Shown here: one piece after another, positions 9,776 through 19,762 of the stretch
How the letters are laid out: each line of letters starts with the position of its first letter
How positions within the stretch are numbered: position 1 is the first letter of the stretch
NCBI GenBank assembly: GCA_018883805.1
Contig: JAHLFK010000007.1
Span: forward strand, 2,448-66,447
Origin: Candidatus Limosilactobacillus merdavium
GTDB taxonomy: Bacteria; Bacillota; Bacilli; Lactobacillales; Lactobacillaceae
Direction: 5' to 3'
DNA length: 64,000 nt
Notes under the pieces: generated by a model
Seen by the model: only the letters and a program-made list of their open reading frames with translations
The model's database searches: none
What the model was told of the DNA's origin: nothing
Position numbers and translations under genes: made by a program

Positions 9776-10006
9776 TTAAATAGCTTGGGTCAGCTTGTTT
9801 AATTCATCAGGACGGAAACCAGAAAAGGCATCCCCATTTGGCAACTTAACTACAGGTGTTGCTAAAAATCCTTCTGACTTTAAACTCTTAATGAACTCTG
9901 GCTGTTCATCAATATTGTGTTCAACGAAATTGATGTTGTGGGCCTTTAAAAACTTCTTGGTCATCTTGCATTGAATGCAATTATTTTTTGAAAACACAGT
10001 AACCAT
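9776..10006 (-). CDS. nrdH: Glutaredoxin-like NrdH-redoxin
   Basis: CIQC active site, FSGFRPD motif, located upstream of nrdE. Confidence 0.96.
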   Translation of the reverse strand: MVTVFSKNNCIQCKMTKKFLKAHNINFVEHNIDEQPEFIKSLKSEGFLATPVVKLPNGDAFSGFRPDELNKLTQAI

Positions 10007-10075
10007 TTTTATCTCCTCACTCGTCTTATTGATGTTTTCTAGTATAACGATAATTTGTAAAAGATCAATGAAAAA

Positions 10076-10123
10076 ATGCTATATATTGTGTAACGATAAT
10101 TAGTGAAACACAATATATAGCAT
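10076..10123. promoter_or_regulatory. Tandem NrdR boxes
   Basis: ATGCTATATATTGTGT (10076-10091) and ACACAATATATAGCAT (10108-10123), 32 bp apart, match acaCwAtATaTwG; upstream of nrdH. Confidence 0.88.
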
Positions 10124-10249
10124 AGTAAATAAGCAATTAAGTATGTGAAACTTTTTGATTTATTTTGTGATAAATGATAAGTTGTTCAACGGATTAATAT
10201 TATACACTGAAAAAAGAAAAATCACATGCATTAAAGGGGAAATATTTTA

Positions 10250-10768
10250 ATGAGGGAGAAAATTGATATTCCTCAAAGCGAACAGCAGCAGTTCATGCGA
10301 GCAGCGATTGAAGAAGCACATAAAGCGGAGCTACTTGACGAAGTACCAATCGGCGCTGTTGTTACGTACAAGGGAAAAATCATTGGTCGAGGACATAATA
10401 TGCGTGAAAAATTTCAGGATGTAACATATCATGCTGAAATGTTAGCAATAATGGAAGCCTGTACCTATATGCATAGCTGGCGTTTAGAAGATTGTGATCT
10501 TTATGTGACACTTGAACCATGTATGATGTGTAGTGGTGCAATTGTTAATGCGCGGATTAGGAATGTCTTTTACGGAGCAAAAGATCCCAAAGCGGGAACT
10601 GTCGATAGCTTGTACCACTTACTGAATGATAAACGATTAAATCATCAAGTATATGTAAGTTCGGGCTTATTAGGGGATGAGTGTAGTCAAATGCTTAAAG
10701 ACTTCTTTCGGGCTGTTCGGAAGCGACGGAAATTAGCACGGAAAAAGAAAAAAACTGGTAATTTATAG
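10250..10768 (+). CDS. tadA: tRNA adenosine(34) deaminase
   Basis: EVPIGAV, HAE and TLEPCMMC motifs. Confidence 0.95.
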   Translation: MREKIDIPQSEQQQFMRAAIEEAHKAELLDEVPIGAVVTYKGKIIGRGHNMREKFQDVTYHAEMLAIMEACTYMHSWRLEDCDLYVTLEPCMMCSGAIVNARIRNVFYGAKDPKAGTVDSLYHLLNDKRLNHQVYVSSGLLGDECSQMLKDFFRAVRKRRKLARKKKKTGNL

Positions 10769-10791
10769 TAAAATGTTGTATTATACTATTT

Positions 10792-10882
10792 GCCGCAAGG
10801 CCTTAGAGCAAGGGTATGCTTACGAACCGTGTCAGGTCCGGAAGGAAGCAGCACTAAGTTTGATATATCTTGTGCTCTAAGT
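10792..10882 (+). ncRNA. ffs: Small SRP RNA (4.5S-type)
   Basis: Conserved core GTGTCAGGTCCGGAAGGAAGCAGCAC closed by CTTAGAGCA/TGCTCTAAG; located between tadA and dnaX. Confidence 0.95.
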
Positions 10883-10901
10883 TTTTTAAGAAATTAACTG
10901 T

Positions 10902-10930
10902 AAGGTCAAGAAGTTTTTCTTGGCCTTTTT
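10902..10930 (+). terminator. Terminator after ffs
   Basis: AAGGTCAAGAA/TTCTTGGCCTT plus T-tract. Confidence 0.7.
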
Positions 10931-11043
10931 ATTTTTTCCTTTGTAAATTAATTTTTAGATTAAATTCAATCCAATTATTTTCCTTTCTTCAAAAGCTAGT
11001 ATAATATTAAAGAGCATTAATTTTACGGAAAGGAAGCTGATTA

Positions 11044-12885
11044 ATGAGTTATCAGGCATTGTATCGTGTATGGCGTCCCCAACGGTTTGATGATATGGTC
11101 GGCCAGCAAGTTGTTACGCGCACACTTAAGAACGCCATCATTACTCATCAAATTAGTCATGCCTACCTCTTCGCGGGGCCGCGGGGTACAGGGAAGACTT
11201 CTGCGGCTAAGATTTTCGCCAAAGCTGTTAACTGTCATCATTCTGAAGATGGTGAGCCATGTAATAAGTGCGAAACTTGTAAGGCGATTACAAAAGGCCA
11301 ATTAAACGATGTTATTGAAATTGATGCGGCCTCAAACAATGGGGTTGAAGAAATCCGTGATATTCGTGATAAGGCCAAATATGCTCCAACGCAAGCAGAT
11401 TATAAAGTTTATATTATCGATGAAGTTCATATGCTATCAACAGGTGCATTCAATGCTCTATTAAAGACTTTGGAAGAACCACCAGCTAATGTAATCTTTA
11501 TCTTAGCAACTACCGAACCCCATAAAATCCCATTAACGATTATTTCTCGGGTTCAACGGTTTGATTTTCGTCGAATTTCCGCTACTGATTCTTTTGAACG
11601 GATGAAATATATTCTGGATCAGAAGAAAGTAGAATATGATGAGAAGGCATTATGGGTGATTGCTAATGCGGCTGAAGGGGGAATGCGAGATGCTCTTAGT
11701 ATTCTTGACCAAGTTCTCTCCTTTAGTGACAACCAAGTAAAATTGGATGATGCGTTATTAGTCACTGGGAGCGTTACAAAGCAATTATTGAAGAAATACT
11801 TCTTAGAGGTTTGTAAAAATCAAAGTGCTGCTGCCTTAGAAACAATGAAGGAAATCCTTGGTGAGGGAAAAGATGGTCAGCGATTTATTGAAGATTTAAT
11901 CTCATTTATTCGTGATATTCTGTTATACCAAGAATCACCAGATTTGATTAAAGTAGAAAGTACTGGTCTAAAAGATGAAGACTTTGCTGAACTTAGTAAA
12001 GCCGCCTCATCGACCACCCTTTATAGGATGATTGATGATTTGAATAATATTCAGATGGAGATGCGGTTTACCACCCATCCAGATGTTTATTTGGAAGTTT
12101 TGACTGTTAAACTTTCACAACCAAGTGTAGAAACACCAGCTGCTGCAAGTAAACAACTTGAACATCCAGAGAATAGTGCTAAGGAGCAAGCTGAGGTTAA
12201 TAGTCTTCAAGCTCAAGTTAAAGCGCTCCAACAAACAGTTAAGGAACTAACCCAAAAAGGGATCACGGTAAAACAAGGAACGACTCCTAACACCACTACT
12301 CAACGGGTTAAAGAAAAGCCCCGGGTTAAGGCGGGTAAAAATCGGGTTAACCTTCACCAAGTCTACCCAGTCCTTGGGTCAGCTACCCGTCAAGATCTTG
12401 ATAAGATTAGGGATCTGTGGGGTGACATGTTAAATATGCTGAGTGTTCCTCAGCGGTCACTTCTCCATGTATCCCAACCGGTTGCAGCTAGTCCAGATGG
12501 TATTATCGTAGCGTTTGATTATGCTTTCTTGTTCCAGCAAGCTACTGATGATGATGCTTTAATAAAAGCAATGGAAGATGGCTTACAACGGCTGAGTGGT
12601 GATGAACGTAAAGTGGTATTTGTTCCTAAAGATCAGTGGCCAAGAATTCGTAAGGAATACATTCAGAGTCACAATCTTGGAAAAGGAGCATCTCAACCTA
12701 AGCAGGTTCCTAATGCAGCACAACAACCTGAATCGGAAAATGCTGCAGCACCTGTTCAAGAGGAAGCACCGAATGAACAAGCACCGGAGCAGACTCCACA
12801 AGAAGAAACTAGTGATCAAAAAGATCTTGTTAAGACTGCCCAAGAACTGTTCGGTAGTGATATTGTTAAAGTAGAAAATAATTAA
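11044..12885 (+). CDS. dnaX: DNA polymerase III subunit gamma/tau
   Basis: [19 protein letters not shown], zinc cysteines, DEVHML. Confidence 0.98.
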   Translation: MSYQALYRVWRPQRFDDMVGQQVVTRTLKNAIITHQISHAYLFAGPRGTGKTSAAKIFAKAVNCHHSEDGEPCNKCETCKAITKGQLNDVIEIDAASNNGVEEIRDIRDKAKYAPTQADYKVYIIDEVHMLSTGAFNALLKTLEEPPANVIFILATTEPHKIPLTIISRVQRFDFRRISATDSFERMKYILDQKKVEYDEKALWVIANAAEGGMRDALSILDQVLSFSDNQVKLDDALLVTGSVTKQLLKKYFLEVCKNQSAAALETMKEILGEGKDGQRFIEDLISFIRDILLYQESPDLIKVESTGLKDEDFAELSKAASSTTLYRMIDDLNNIQMEMRFTTHPDVYLEVLTVKLSQPSVETPAAASKQLEHPENSAKEQAEVNSLQAQVKALQQTVKELTQKGITVKQGTTPNTTTQRVKEKPRVKAGKNRVNLHQVYPVLGSATRQDLDKIRDLWGDMLNMLSVPQRSLLHVSQPVAASPDGIIVAFDYAFLFQQATDDDALIKAMEDGLQRLSGDERKVVFVPKDQWPRIRKEYIQSHNLGKGASQPKQVPNAAQQPESENAAAPVQEEAPNEQAPEQTPQEETSDQKDLVKTAQELFGSDIVKVENN

Positions 12886-12902
12886 AAGAGGGAATGATTA
12901 TT

Positions 12903-13211
12903 ATGATGCGTGGAATGAATATGCAACAAATGGTAAAGCAAGCTAAAGAAATGCAAAAGAAAATGATGGCAGAGCATGAAGAACTTGCCAAGCAACAATT
13001 TGTTGGTCAAGCTCCAGATGGCATGGTTACTGCTACATTCACTGGTGATAACAAGTTAGTTAACCTTGAAATTAAGCCAGAAGCAGTTGACCCTGATGAT
13101 ATTGATATGCTTTCTGATCTTGTCCTCGCCGCTGTTAACGACGGAATGAAGAAAGTTAATGATGCCACCCAAAGTACTTTAGGTAAGTACACCCGTGGCT
13201 TGGGGATGTAA
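12903..13211 (+). CDS. ybaB: YbaB/EbfC nucleoid-associated protein
   Basis: [10 protein letters not shown]...[19 protein letters not shown]; located between dnaX and recR; exact start uncertain. Confidence 0.93.
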   Translation: MMRGMNMQQMVKQAKEMQKKMMAEHEELAKQQFVGQAPDGMVTATFTGDNKLVNLEIKPEAVDPDDIDMLSDLVLAAVNDGMKKVNDATQSTLGKYTRGLGM

Positions 13212-13213
13212 AC

Positions 13214-13813
13214 GTGCAGTATCCAGAACCACTGGCAAAGTTAATTGAAAGTTATACAAAACTACCGGGTATCGGTCAAAAGACGGCTACCCGGCTAGCT
13301 TTTTATACACTGACAATGCAAGATGATGATGTTACCAACTTTGCTAAATCATTATTATCTGCAAAACGGGATCTTCATAATTGTAGTATTTGCGGCAATA
13401 TTACCGAAGATGATCCTTGTCCAATCTGCCAAGACAAGACGCGGGATCATTCCCAAATCTTAGTTGTTGAACAGTCTCAGGACGTGATGGCAATGGAACG
13501 GATGCATGAATATCATGGCTTGTACCATGTCCTTCATGGTGTGATTTCTCCAGTTGCCGGAACTGGTCCAGAAGATATTAATATTACGAGTTTATTAGAT
13601 CGTTTGAAAAAAGACGATGAGACTAAGGAAGTTATTGTTGCAACCAACGCTTCATCTGATGGTGAATTAACCGCTAGTTACTTAGCTAAACTAATTAAAC
13701 CAGCTGGAATCAAGGTAACTCGACTGGCTCATGGGCTTTCTGTCGGTGCAGATATTGATTACGCGGATGAAGTAACCTTGTTTAAGGCTGTTCAGGGACG
13801 AACGGAGATGTAG
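13214..13813 (+). CDS. recR: Recombination mediator RecR
   Basis: LPGIGQKTA HhH, C4 zinc finger, Toprim domain; GTG start. Confidence 0.97.
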   Translation: MQYPEPLAKLIESYTKLPGIGQKTATRLAFYTLTMQDDDVTNFAKSLLSAKRDLHNCSICGNITEDDPCPICQDKTRDHSQILVVEQSQDVMAMERMHEYHGLYHVLHGVISPVAGTGPEDINITSLLDRLKKDDETKEVIVATNASSDGELTASYLAKLIKPAGIKVTRLAHGLSVGADIDYADEVTLFKAVQGRTEM

Positions 13814-13814
13814 T

Positions 13815-14069
13815 TTGATGCTTTTTCATCATCGTAATAAGGAAGAAGTTAAGCAGGAACGTGACCAACGACTATTGGATTTAATTTATGAAACCAAAGC
13901 TAGTTGGGATCATGCTCGAGAAACTGAGCGGGCAGTATATGAAGCTAATGCTAGTACAGAGCTTCATTACAGAAGTCGCTTGCAGGAACAAAAATACTTG
14001 TACCTTTACCGCTTGGCAAGAAAGTTTAAGGTACATGGCGAATTAAACCAGGGTGTAATCGAACGTTAG
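13815..14069 (+). CDS. yaaL: YaaL-family protein
   Basis: Small protein after recR with KYLYLYRLAR motif. Confidence 0.8.
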   Translation: MMLFHHRNKEEVKQERDQRLLDLIYETKASWDHARETERAVYEANASTELHYRSRLQEQKYLYLYRLARKFKVHGELNQGVIER

Positions 14070-14079
14070 GAAGAGGACG

Positions 14080-14721
14080 ATGGCAGGAAAATTTATTTCA
14101 TTTGAAGGACCAGACGGCGCCGGTAAAACCAGCGTAATGGCGCAAATCCAAACAGATCTAGAAAAAGAAATTGGTAAGGATAAAGTGATGTACACTCGGG
14201 AACCGGGTGGCAATCATATTTCTGAACAAATTCGGCGGGTTTTGTTTGATGATCAAAATACGGATATGGACGGTCGGACAGAAGCGTTATTATTTGCTGC
14301 TGCAAGGCGACAACACATTGTTTCAGAAATCGTTCCCGGTTTGGCTGCTGGTAAGGTAATTCTCTGTGATCGCTATGTTGACAGTTCAATTGCATACCAA
14401 GGTGCCGGGCGTCATTTAGGTGAAGAAAAAGTATGGCAAATTAATCAATTCGCAATCGATGGGTTAATGCCAGAGCTTACAATTTATCTTGATGTCGAAT
14501 CTGAAATTGGTTTGAGAAGAATCGCTAAGCACCGTTCCGATCAGGTTAACCGTTTAGATGAAGAAAAGTTAAGCTTTCACCGAACTGTTCGCCAAGCCTT
14601 CCTCCAACTTCAAAAAGCAGATCCTGATAGAATTAAGTTAATTGATGCTAGTCAGCCATTAGAAAAAGTTATCCAGGACGTTAAACAAACAATTCATGCA
14701 AAGTTTGCGGATCTATTTTAA
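14080..14721 (+). CDS. tmk: Thymidylate kinase
   Basis: FEGPDGAGKT, TREPGG, CDRYVDSSIAYQG. Confidence 0.97.
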   Translation: MAGKFISFEGPDGAGKTSVMAQIQTDLEKEIGKDKVMYTREPGGNHISEQIRRVLFDDQNTDMDGRTEALLFAAARRQHIVSEIVPGLAAGKVILCDRYVDSSIAYQGAGRHLGEEKVWQINQFAIDGLMPELTIYLDVESEIGLRRIAKHRSDQVNRLDEEKLSFHRTVRQAFLQLQKADPDRIKLIDASQPLEKVIQDVKQTIHAKFADLF

Positions 14722-14753
14722 GATCATGATACGAGTGAAAAGGGTGATTTAAT

Positions 14754-15077
14754 ATGAAAATGATTATTGCAATTGTTCAATCGAAGGACAGTAACCGACT
14801 CCGGAAGGCATTTGCCAGCAACCATATTCAAATGACACAACTATCAACCACTGGTGGCTTCTTACGTGAAGGAAACGCTACGTTCTTAATTGGTGTTAAG
14901 GATGAACGGGTTCAAGAAGTTCTTGAAATCATCAAGAAAAATGCTAAGTCACGGGAACAATACGTTACTTCACAGATGCATATGGACGTTGAGGGAGGTT
15001 CTGCCTTCCCAGTTAATGTGCAAATCGGTGGTGCAACAGTATTTGTAATGCCCGTAGACCAATTTCATAAGTTTTAA
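14754..15077 (+). CDS. darA: Cyclic-di-AMP receptor, PII-like (DarA/PstA/YaaQ)
   Basis: IIAIVQ, TGGFLREGN and GGATVFV motifs; tmk-holB context. Confidence 0.92.
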   Translation: MKMIIAIVQSKDSNRLRKAFASNHIQMTQLSTTGGFLREGNATFLIGVKDERVQEVLEIIKKNAKSREQYVTSQMHMDVEGGSAFPVNVQIGGATVFVMPVDQFHKF

Positions 15078-15094
15078 TTGAGCAGGTGAAGTAA

Positions 15095-16099
15095 TTGGCT
15101 GATCAGTTTCAGGCAGAACGTTTACAGCCCCTAGTAGTTAAACAGCTACAAACGGTTTTGAAAAATCATGAACTAGCACATGCCTACCTTTTTGTTGGTC
15201 CAACTGGTTCAGGGAAAAGCGAGATCGCTAAGTGGTTGGCATTACGGCTCTTTTGCCTTCATTTGCAAAATGGTGAACCAGACTTAACATGTCCAGAATG
15301 TCAGCGGATCTTAAGTGGTAACCATCCAGATGTTGTCGTAGCTAAACCTGAAGGCCGGCAGATTAAGGTTGACGAGATTCGGCACTTGAAAGATGAGTTT
15401 ACCAAAAGTGCTGTTGAAGGTAATAGGAAGCTCTTTATTATTCATGATGCTGAAAAGATGACTAATAATGCGGCTAACAGTCTGTTGAAGTTTATTGAAG
15501 AACCAGGTCCTGGGATTTATATTCTGATGTTAACTACTAACAAGAGTGCGGTACTGCCAACAATCCGTTCCCGGACCCAGATAATTGAACTTCAACCACT
15601 TCAGCGGGCTGAGTTGGAGCAAGTATTAACGCAAAATGATATTCCGCGGACTGAACGAACCGTTGCAATCGGGTTAACCGATTCGGTGAGTGAGATTAAC
15701 GAATGGCGAAAAGATGATTGGCTAAAGCAGGCAATTGGTGCTATCACAATATGGTACCAGCATGTTAGTAAGGCTAATATGCTATCATTTGTTGATGTTC
15801 AAACAGAGATTATCAAACTAGCAACGGATCGTGCGAAGCAGCAGATTTTGTTAGATCTAATTGCATTAATCTGGCGAGATACTTTGTTAATTGCAAACGG
15901 AATAACTGATGATCAGGACTTACATTTCTTGCAAAGTAAGGACTTGATGGTGAATACTGCTAATAGTTATTCGACTAGTAGTTTGCTTACTGTCAGTCAA
16001 GAAACGTTAACTAGTCGACATTTATTAGATCAAAACATGGCTTTTCAAAATGTTACTGAACAGTTAACGATTAAGATTGTGCAGGCACTTTCAGCATAA
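15095..16099 (+). CDS. holB: DNA polymerase III delta' subunit
   Basis: HAYLF, NHPD, AANSLLKFIEEP, TIRSR; TTG start. Confidence 0.95.
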   Translation: MADQFQAERLQPLVVKQLQTVLKNHELAHAYLFVGPTGSGKSEIAKWLALRLFCLHLQNGEPDLTCPECQRILSGNHPDVVVAKPEGRQIKVDEIRHLKDEFTKSAVEGNRKLFIIHDAEKMTNNAANSLLKFIEEPGPGIYILMLTTNKSAVLPTIRSRTQIIELQPLQRAELEQVLTQNDIPRTERTVAIGLTDSVSEINEWRKDDWLKQAIGAITIWYQHVSKANMLSFVDVQTEIIKLATDRAKQQILLDLIALIWRDTLLIANGITDDQDLHFLQSKDLMVNTANSYSTSSLLTVSQETLTSRHLLDQNMAFQNVTEQLTIKIVQALSA

Positions 16100-16112
16100 G
16101 GAGGCAGGTAAA

Positions 16113-16466
16113 GTGAGTGAACATGGTAATTCAGAAAATATTTATGATCGCTTTGCTCAAGTAACGAAGCAAACTCATTATTTAGTAGCCAATGTAGAAC
16201 AACTACAAGCTCAGGTCACAGAGTTAATGGAAACGAACGCTGAGCTATCAATTGAAAATGATCACTTACGGACGATGCTGAAAAAGATGAATCAATCAAA
16301 GCATGGTGAGGATCATCTTTCCGGTTCGCGAGAAAATCTTAAAAAGCTATATCAGCAGGGCTTTCACGTATGCAGTGAGTATTTTGGCAAGCGACTGGAA
16401 GAAAACGAATCATGTACTTTCTGCCTAGATACCATTTTTGGTCATGAGCAATCAACGATAAATTAG
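16113..16466 (+). CDS. yabA: Replication initiation control protein
   Basis: Coiled coil, LYQQGFHVC and CTFC zinc motif; GTG start after GGAGG. Confidence 0.92.
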   Translation: MSEHGNSENIYDRFAQVTKQTHYLVANVEQLQAQVTELMETNAELSIENDHLRTMLKKMNQSKHGEDHLSGSRENLKKLYQQGFHVCSEYFGKRLEENESCTFCLDTIFGHEQSTIN

Positions 16467-16475
16467 GAGAATAAA

Positions 16476-17339
16476 ATGCAACAGGTTAGTAGTTTTCAAA
16501 CACAAGATTCCGGCCTCCTCTACCTCGTACCGACACCAATTGGTAACTTAGATGATATGACTTTTCGGGCAGTGAAAGTGTTGAATGATGTTGATTTGAT
16601 TGCAGCAGAGGACACTCGACACACCCAGCAGCTTTTAAATCATTTTGATATCCATACACCTGAAATTAGTTTTCACGAGCACAACACGGAGCAACGGATT
16701 CCAGAATTAATAAAGAAACTACACGATGGAATGAAGATTGCTCAATGTAGTGATGCGGGGATGCCATCCATTTCTGATCCTGGAAAAGAATTAGTTGCTG
16801 CAGCGGTGAAAGAGGGGATTCCAGTTGTGCCTCTTCCCGGTGCCAATGCAGGGTTAACCGCATTGATTGCATCTGGGCTTGCTCCACAACCTTTCTATTT
16901 TTATGGCTTTCTTGAACGAAAACACCAACAACAGGTTCAAGAACTTGAAAAATTGCGTAATCGCCCAGAAACAATGATCTTTTATGAGGCTCCCCATCGT
17001 CTAAAGAAGACTCTTAAGGTAATGGCCGAAGTCTTGGGCGGTGATCGGCAAGTTGTTTTGGCCCGTGAATTAACTAAACGATACGAAGAATTTAGTCGCG
17101 GACGATTAGCAGAAATAAATGATTGGTACGACGAACATCAACCGCGCGGGGAGTATGTAATCCTTGTTGCTGGTAATGATCATCCAGATGAAGAAGCCAA
17201 AGAAGATTCTGGAACGCCGATTGAACAAATTGATCAGGCAATTAGTGAAGGCTTATCAACCAATGCGGCAATTAAATTAGTTGCTAAGCGGAATAAGTTA
17301 AATCGTCAAGATCTCTACAAGCAGTACCATAATATTTAG
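16476..17339 (+). CDS. rsmI: 16S rRNA C1402 2'-O-methyltransferase
   Basis: LYLVPTPIGNLDD, AEDTR, SDAGMPSISDPG. Confidence 0.97.
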   Translation: MQQVSSFQTQDSGLLYLVPTPIGNLDDMTFRAVKVLNDVDLIAAEDTRHTQQLLNHFDIHTPEISFHEHNTEQRIPELIKKLHDGMKIAQCSDAGMPSISDPGKELVAAAVKEGIPVVPLPGANAGLTALIASGLAPQPFYFYGFLERKHQQQVQELEKLRNRPETMIFYEAPHRLKKTLKVMAEVLGGDRQVVLARELTKRYEEFSRGRLAEINDWYDEHQPRGEYVILVAGNDHPDEEAKEDSGTPIEQIDQAISEGLSTNAAIKLVAKRNKLNRQDLYKQYHNI

Positions 17340-17347
17340 GAGTAGCA

Positions 17348-18118
17348 ATGGAAGAACAACAATCAGCATCAAAATTTGAACGTCGGCATCACTTAACCTA
17401 CTACGAATGCGATGAAATGGGCCATCCAATCTTAAGTATGGTAATGAGCATCATGTCTGAAATAGCAGACATTCAAAGTGAAAAATTAGGAATTACCAAG
17501 GATACTATTCAGGCAACTGGAGGTACGTGGGTAATTGCAAGCTTCTCCGGAAATGTAGATTTGCAAGAACTTGAAATTGGCGATGAGGTAATAGTCGGAA
17601 CGCAAGCGACTGGCTATAATGCATTTTTTGCAACACGGGATTTTTGGGTGTGCAGTGTTGATGGTACCAAGGAATACGCCCGTGTTAAGTCATTATTAGT
17701 TTTTATGAACTTGACAACGCGACGAATAGAGAAAATTCCAGAATCTCTAATTAAGGCATATGGTACTCCCAAACTAACCAAAGTGCCGCGGGGAAAACGT
17801 CCAACTAAGATGGATTCAACTGAAAAAGTTGAGGGAAAAGAATATCATGTCCGTTATTTCGATCTTGATGCTAATCACCATGTTAACAACGCCCGATATT
17901 TTGATTGGTTACTAGATCCACTCGGTGAACAGTTCTTAACAACCCACCAGTTAACATCTTTTTCGATTCAGTATCGTCATGAAGTGCGGGCTGGTCAGAA
18001 TATTGACAGTCGTTTCCAGGTAATTGATGGACTTACTAGTCGTCATCAAATTACAAGCGATAATGAGTTATGTACATCTGCTGAATTTTGTTGGCAGCCT
18101 CTTAAATCGTTAAATTAA
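17348..18118 (+). CDS. Acyl-ACP thioesterase
   Basis: Double hotdog fold motifs; VRYFDLDANHHVNNARY. Confidence 0.92.
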   Translation: MEEQQSASKFERRHHLTYYECDEMGHPILSMVMSIMSEIADIQSEKLGITKDTIQATGGTWVIASFSGNVDLQELEIGDEVIVGTQATGYNAFFATRDFWVCSVDGTKEYARVKSLLVFMNLTTRRIEKIPESLIKAYGTPKLTKVPRGKRPTKMDSTEKVEGKEYHVRYFDLDANHHVNNARYFDWLLDPLGEQFLTTHQLTSFSIQYRHEVRAGQNIDSRFQVIDGLTSRHQITSDNELCTSAEFCWQPLKSLN

Positions 18119-18134
18119 CTGAATACCAATTAAT

Positions 18135-18180
18135 AAGAACATGAAATTGAAGTTGTAAAACTTCTTTCATGTTCTTTTTT
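18135..18180 (+). terminator. Terminator after thioesterase
   Basis: AAGAACATGAAA/TTTCATGTTCTT plus T-tract. Confidence 0.75.
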
Positions 18181-18243
18181 CTCACACTTTTTACTGTCAT
18201 AAATGTTAGACTTAAAGTGGAATAACATTGAGGGGTGATCAGA

Positions 18244-19761
18244 ATGAAAGATTCGTTAACGGCAGTAATTTATTTACAACCGGATCAAATTTTCTTACGG
18301 ATTATTGAGCTCCCGAGCCTCAAGATTATTAACGATGTTCGCTCTGGATTATTTAATATTGGTGAAAATGGTAAAACGGCCAATTATACCAAAAATATGA
18401 CAGCGATCGCCGATAACATTGAAGGTTTTAAAGAACTAATTAACGACTATGATGTTGACAACGTTAAGTTCTACGGAGCCTATGAGGATATGGATAGTGT
18501 CACTGCAAGTTATGTTGGTGATCAGTTAAAGGTTCGGACAGGACTAAAGATCCATTGGCTAAATAATAATCAGTTAATGGCACAATCAATGAGTTATATC
18601 GTTGATCATTTAGTTGAATTCCAGAAATTGAGTAAACACTGCTTATACATCTTAAGCATTGGACTTGATAGTTCTACCTTGGCATTCTTCCATCATGGCA
18701 ATTTTGAAACTTCTTGGGAGATTGACCTTGGTGGCTCACAAATTCATCAGCTGGTTAATCAATTACGGCAAACCACAACTAATCCGACCGAAATTATTCA
18801 AGATTATATCGGCAGTAAGTTAGAATATCTGGAACCAGAATTAACTCGCCAAAAGAAGACAATTATGATTGTCCAAAATGCTCCATCACTTAGTAAACAA
18901 TACATCAAGAAGCATCAAGAAATTGGCGAGATTGACCAAGGAAAGTTTCGTGAAACCCTTAATCACTTATTAATGCCTCAAGACCGGTATATGTACGGTC
19001 AAAATGCAGAATTAGAGCAGTCACAGGGAGAATATGTTCTTTCTAATTATTTAGTAATTTCACGGATGTCTGATTTAATTAACCCTACTAACTTGTATGT
19101 TACTAACCTTTCAATTATGGACGGTATTTCAAACGGGATTGCGACTGACAATGACGTTTCACGCTCTACTGTCAATAATATGATTCGGACTTCAGCGGAT
19201 AATATTGCTCAGCGTTATGGTGTTGATTCAAACCACACAGCGTTTGTTGAAAAGTATGCTCTTCAATTTTTCGATGAGTTACGTCCAATCCACCGGTTAA
19301 GCAATCATTATCGCTTACTGCTTGAAGTGGCGGCTAAGGTAGACGATATTGGTAATTTTATTAATCAACAAGGACACTACCGTCATTCGGCCTACATTTT
19401 AGAGGCTAACCCGATGATTGGATTGTCAGATGAAGATAACCTAATCATTGCCGAAGTGGCACGGTACCACAGTACTGAGAGCCCAACGATTAGCCAATCA
19501 CACTACCGTCACTTAGATGAAGATATTCAAATGCCAGTGGCAAAGTTAGCAGCAATTTTACGGTTAGTTGATTCGCTAGATGATTCTCGTCAGCAGAAGA
19601 TTAGTAAAATCCAGCTCAAGTTAAAGGATGAGCGACTGATCATCAAAGCCACGAGTTCTGATGATCTGGTTCTAGAAAGCTGGTCATTCAGTCATAAATC
19701 ACAACTCTTTAATGATGTCTTTGGAATTAAGCCAGTGCTAAAGGAAAAAGAGGGGCGGTAA
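18244..19761 (+). CDS. Ppx/GppA-family protein with degenerate N-terminal catalytic motifs and HD-like C-terminal domain (Ppx1-type)
   Basis: C-terminal DDIG..HYRHSAYIL..AEVARYH..LAAILRLVDSLD; first gene of ppx-ppk-ppx. Confidence 0.85.
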   Translation: MKDSLTAVIYLQPDQIFLRIIELPSLKIINDVRSGLFNIGENGKTANYTKNMTAIADNIEGFKELINDYDVDNVKFYGAYEDMDSVTASYVGDQLKVRTGLKIHWLNNNQLMAQSMSYIVDHLVEFQKLSKHCLYILSIGLDSSTLAFFHHGNFETSWEIDLGGSQIHQLVNQLRQTTTNPTEIIQDYIGSKLEYLEPELTRQKKTIMIVQNAPSLSKQYIKKHQEIGEIDQGKFRETLNHLLMPQDRYMYGQNAELEQSQGEYVLSNYLVISRMSDLINPTNLYVTNLSIMDGISNGIATDNDVSRSTVNNMIRTSADNIAQRYGVDSNHTAFVEKYALQFFDELRPIHRLSNHYRLLLEVAAKVDDIGNFINQQGHYRHSAYILEANPMIGLSDEDNLIIAEVARYHSTESPTISQSHYRHLDEDIQMPVAKLAAILRLVDSLDDSRQQKISKIQLKLKDERLIIKATSSDDLVLESWSFSHKSQLFNDVFGIKPVLKEKEGR

Positions 19762-19762
19762 A

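Noticed and set aside
12250-12262. Possible dnaX -1 frameshift site (CCCAAAAAGGG)
   Set aside because: Not an in-frame X_XXY_YYZ heptamer (codons ACC CAA AAA); no A_AAA_AAG
12304-12350. Repeated CGGGTTAA in dnaX
   Set aside because: Mostly explained by recurring Arg-Val-Lys/Asn with preferred CGG GTT codons; spacing is irregular
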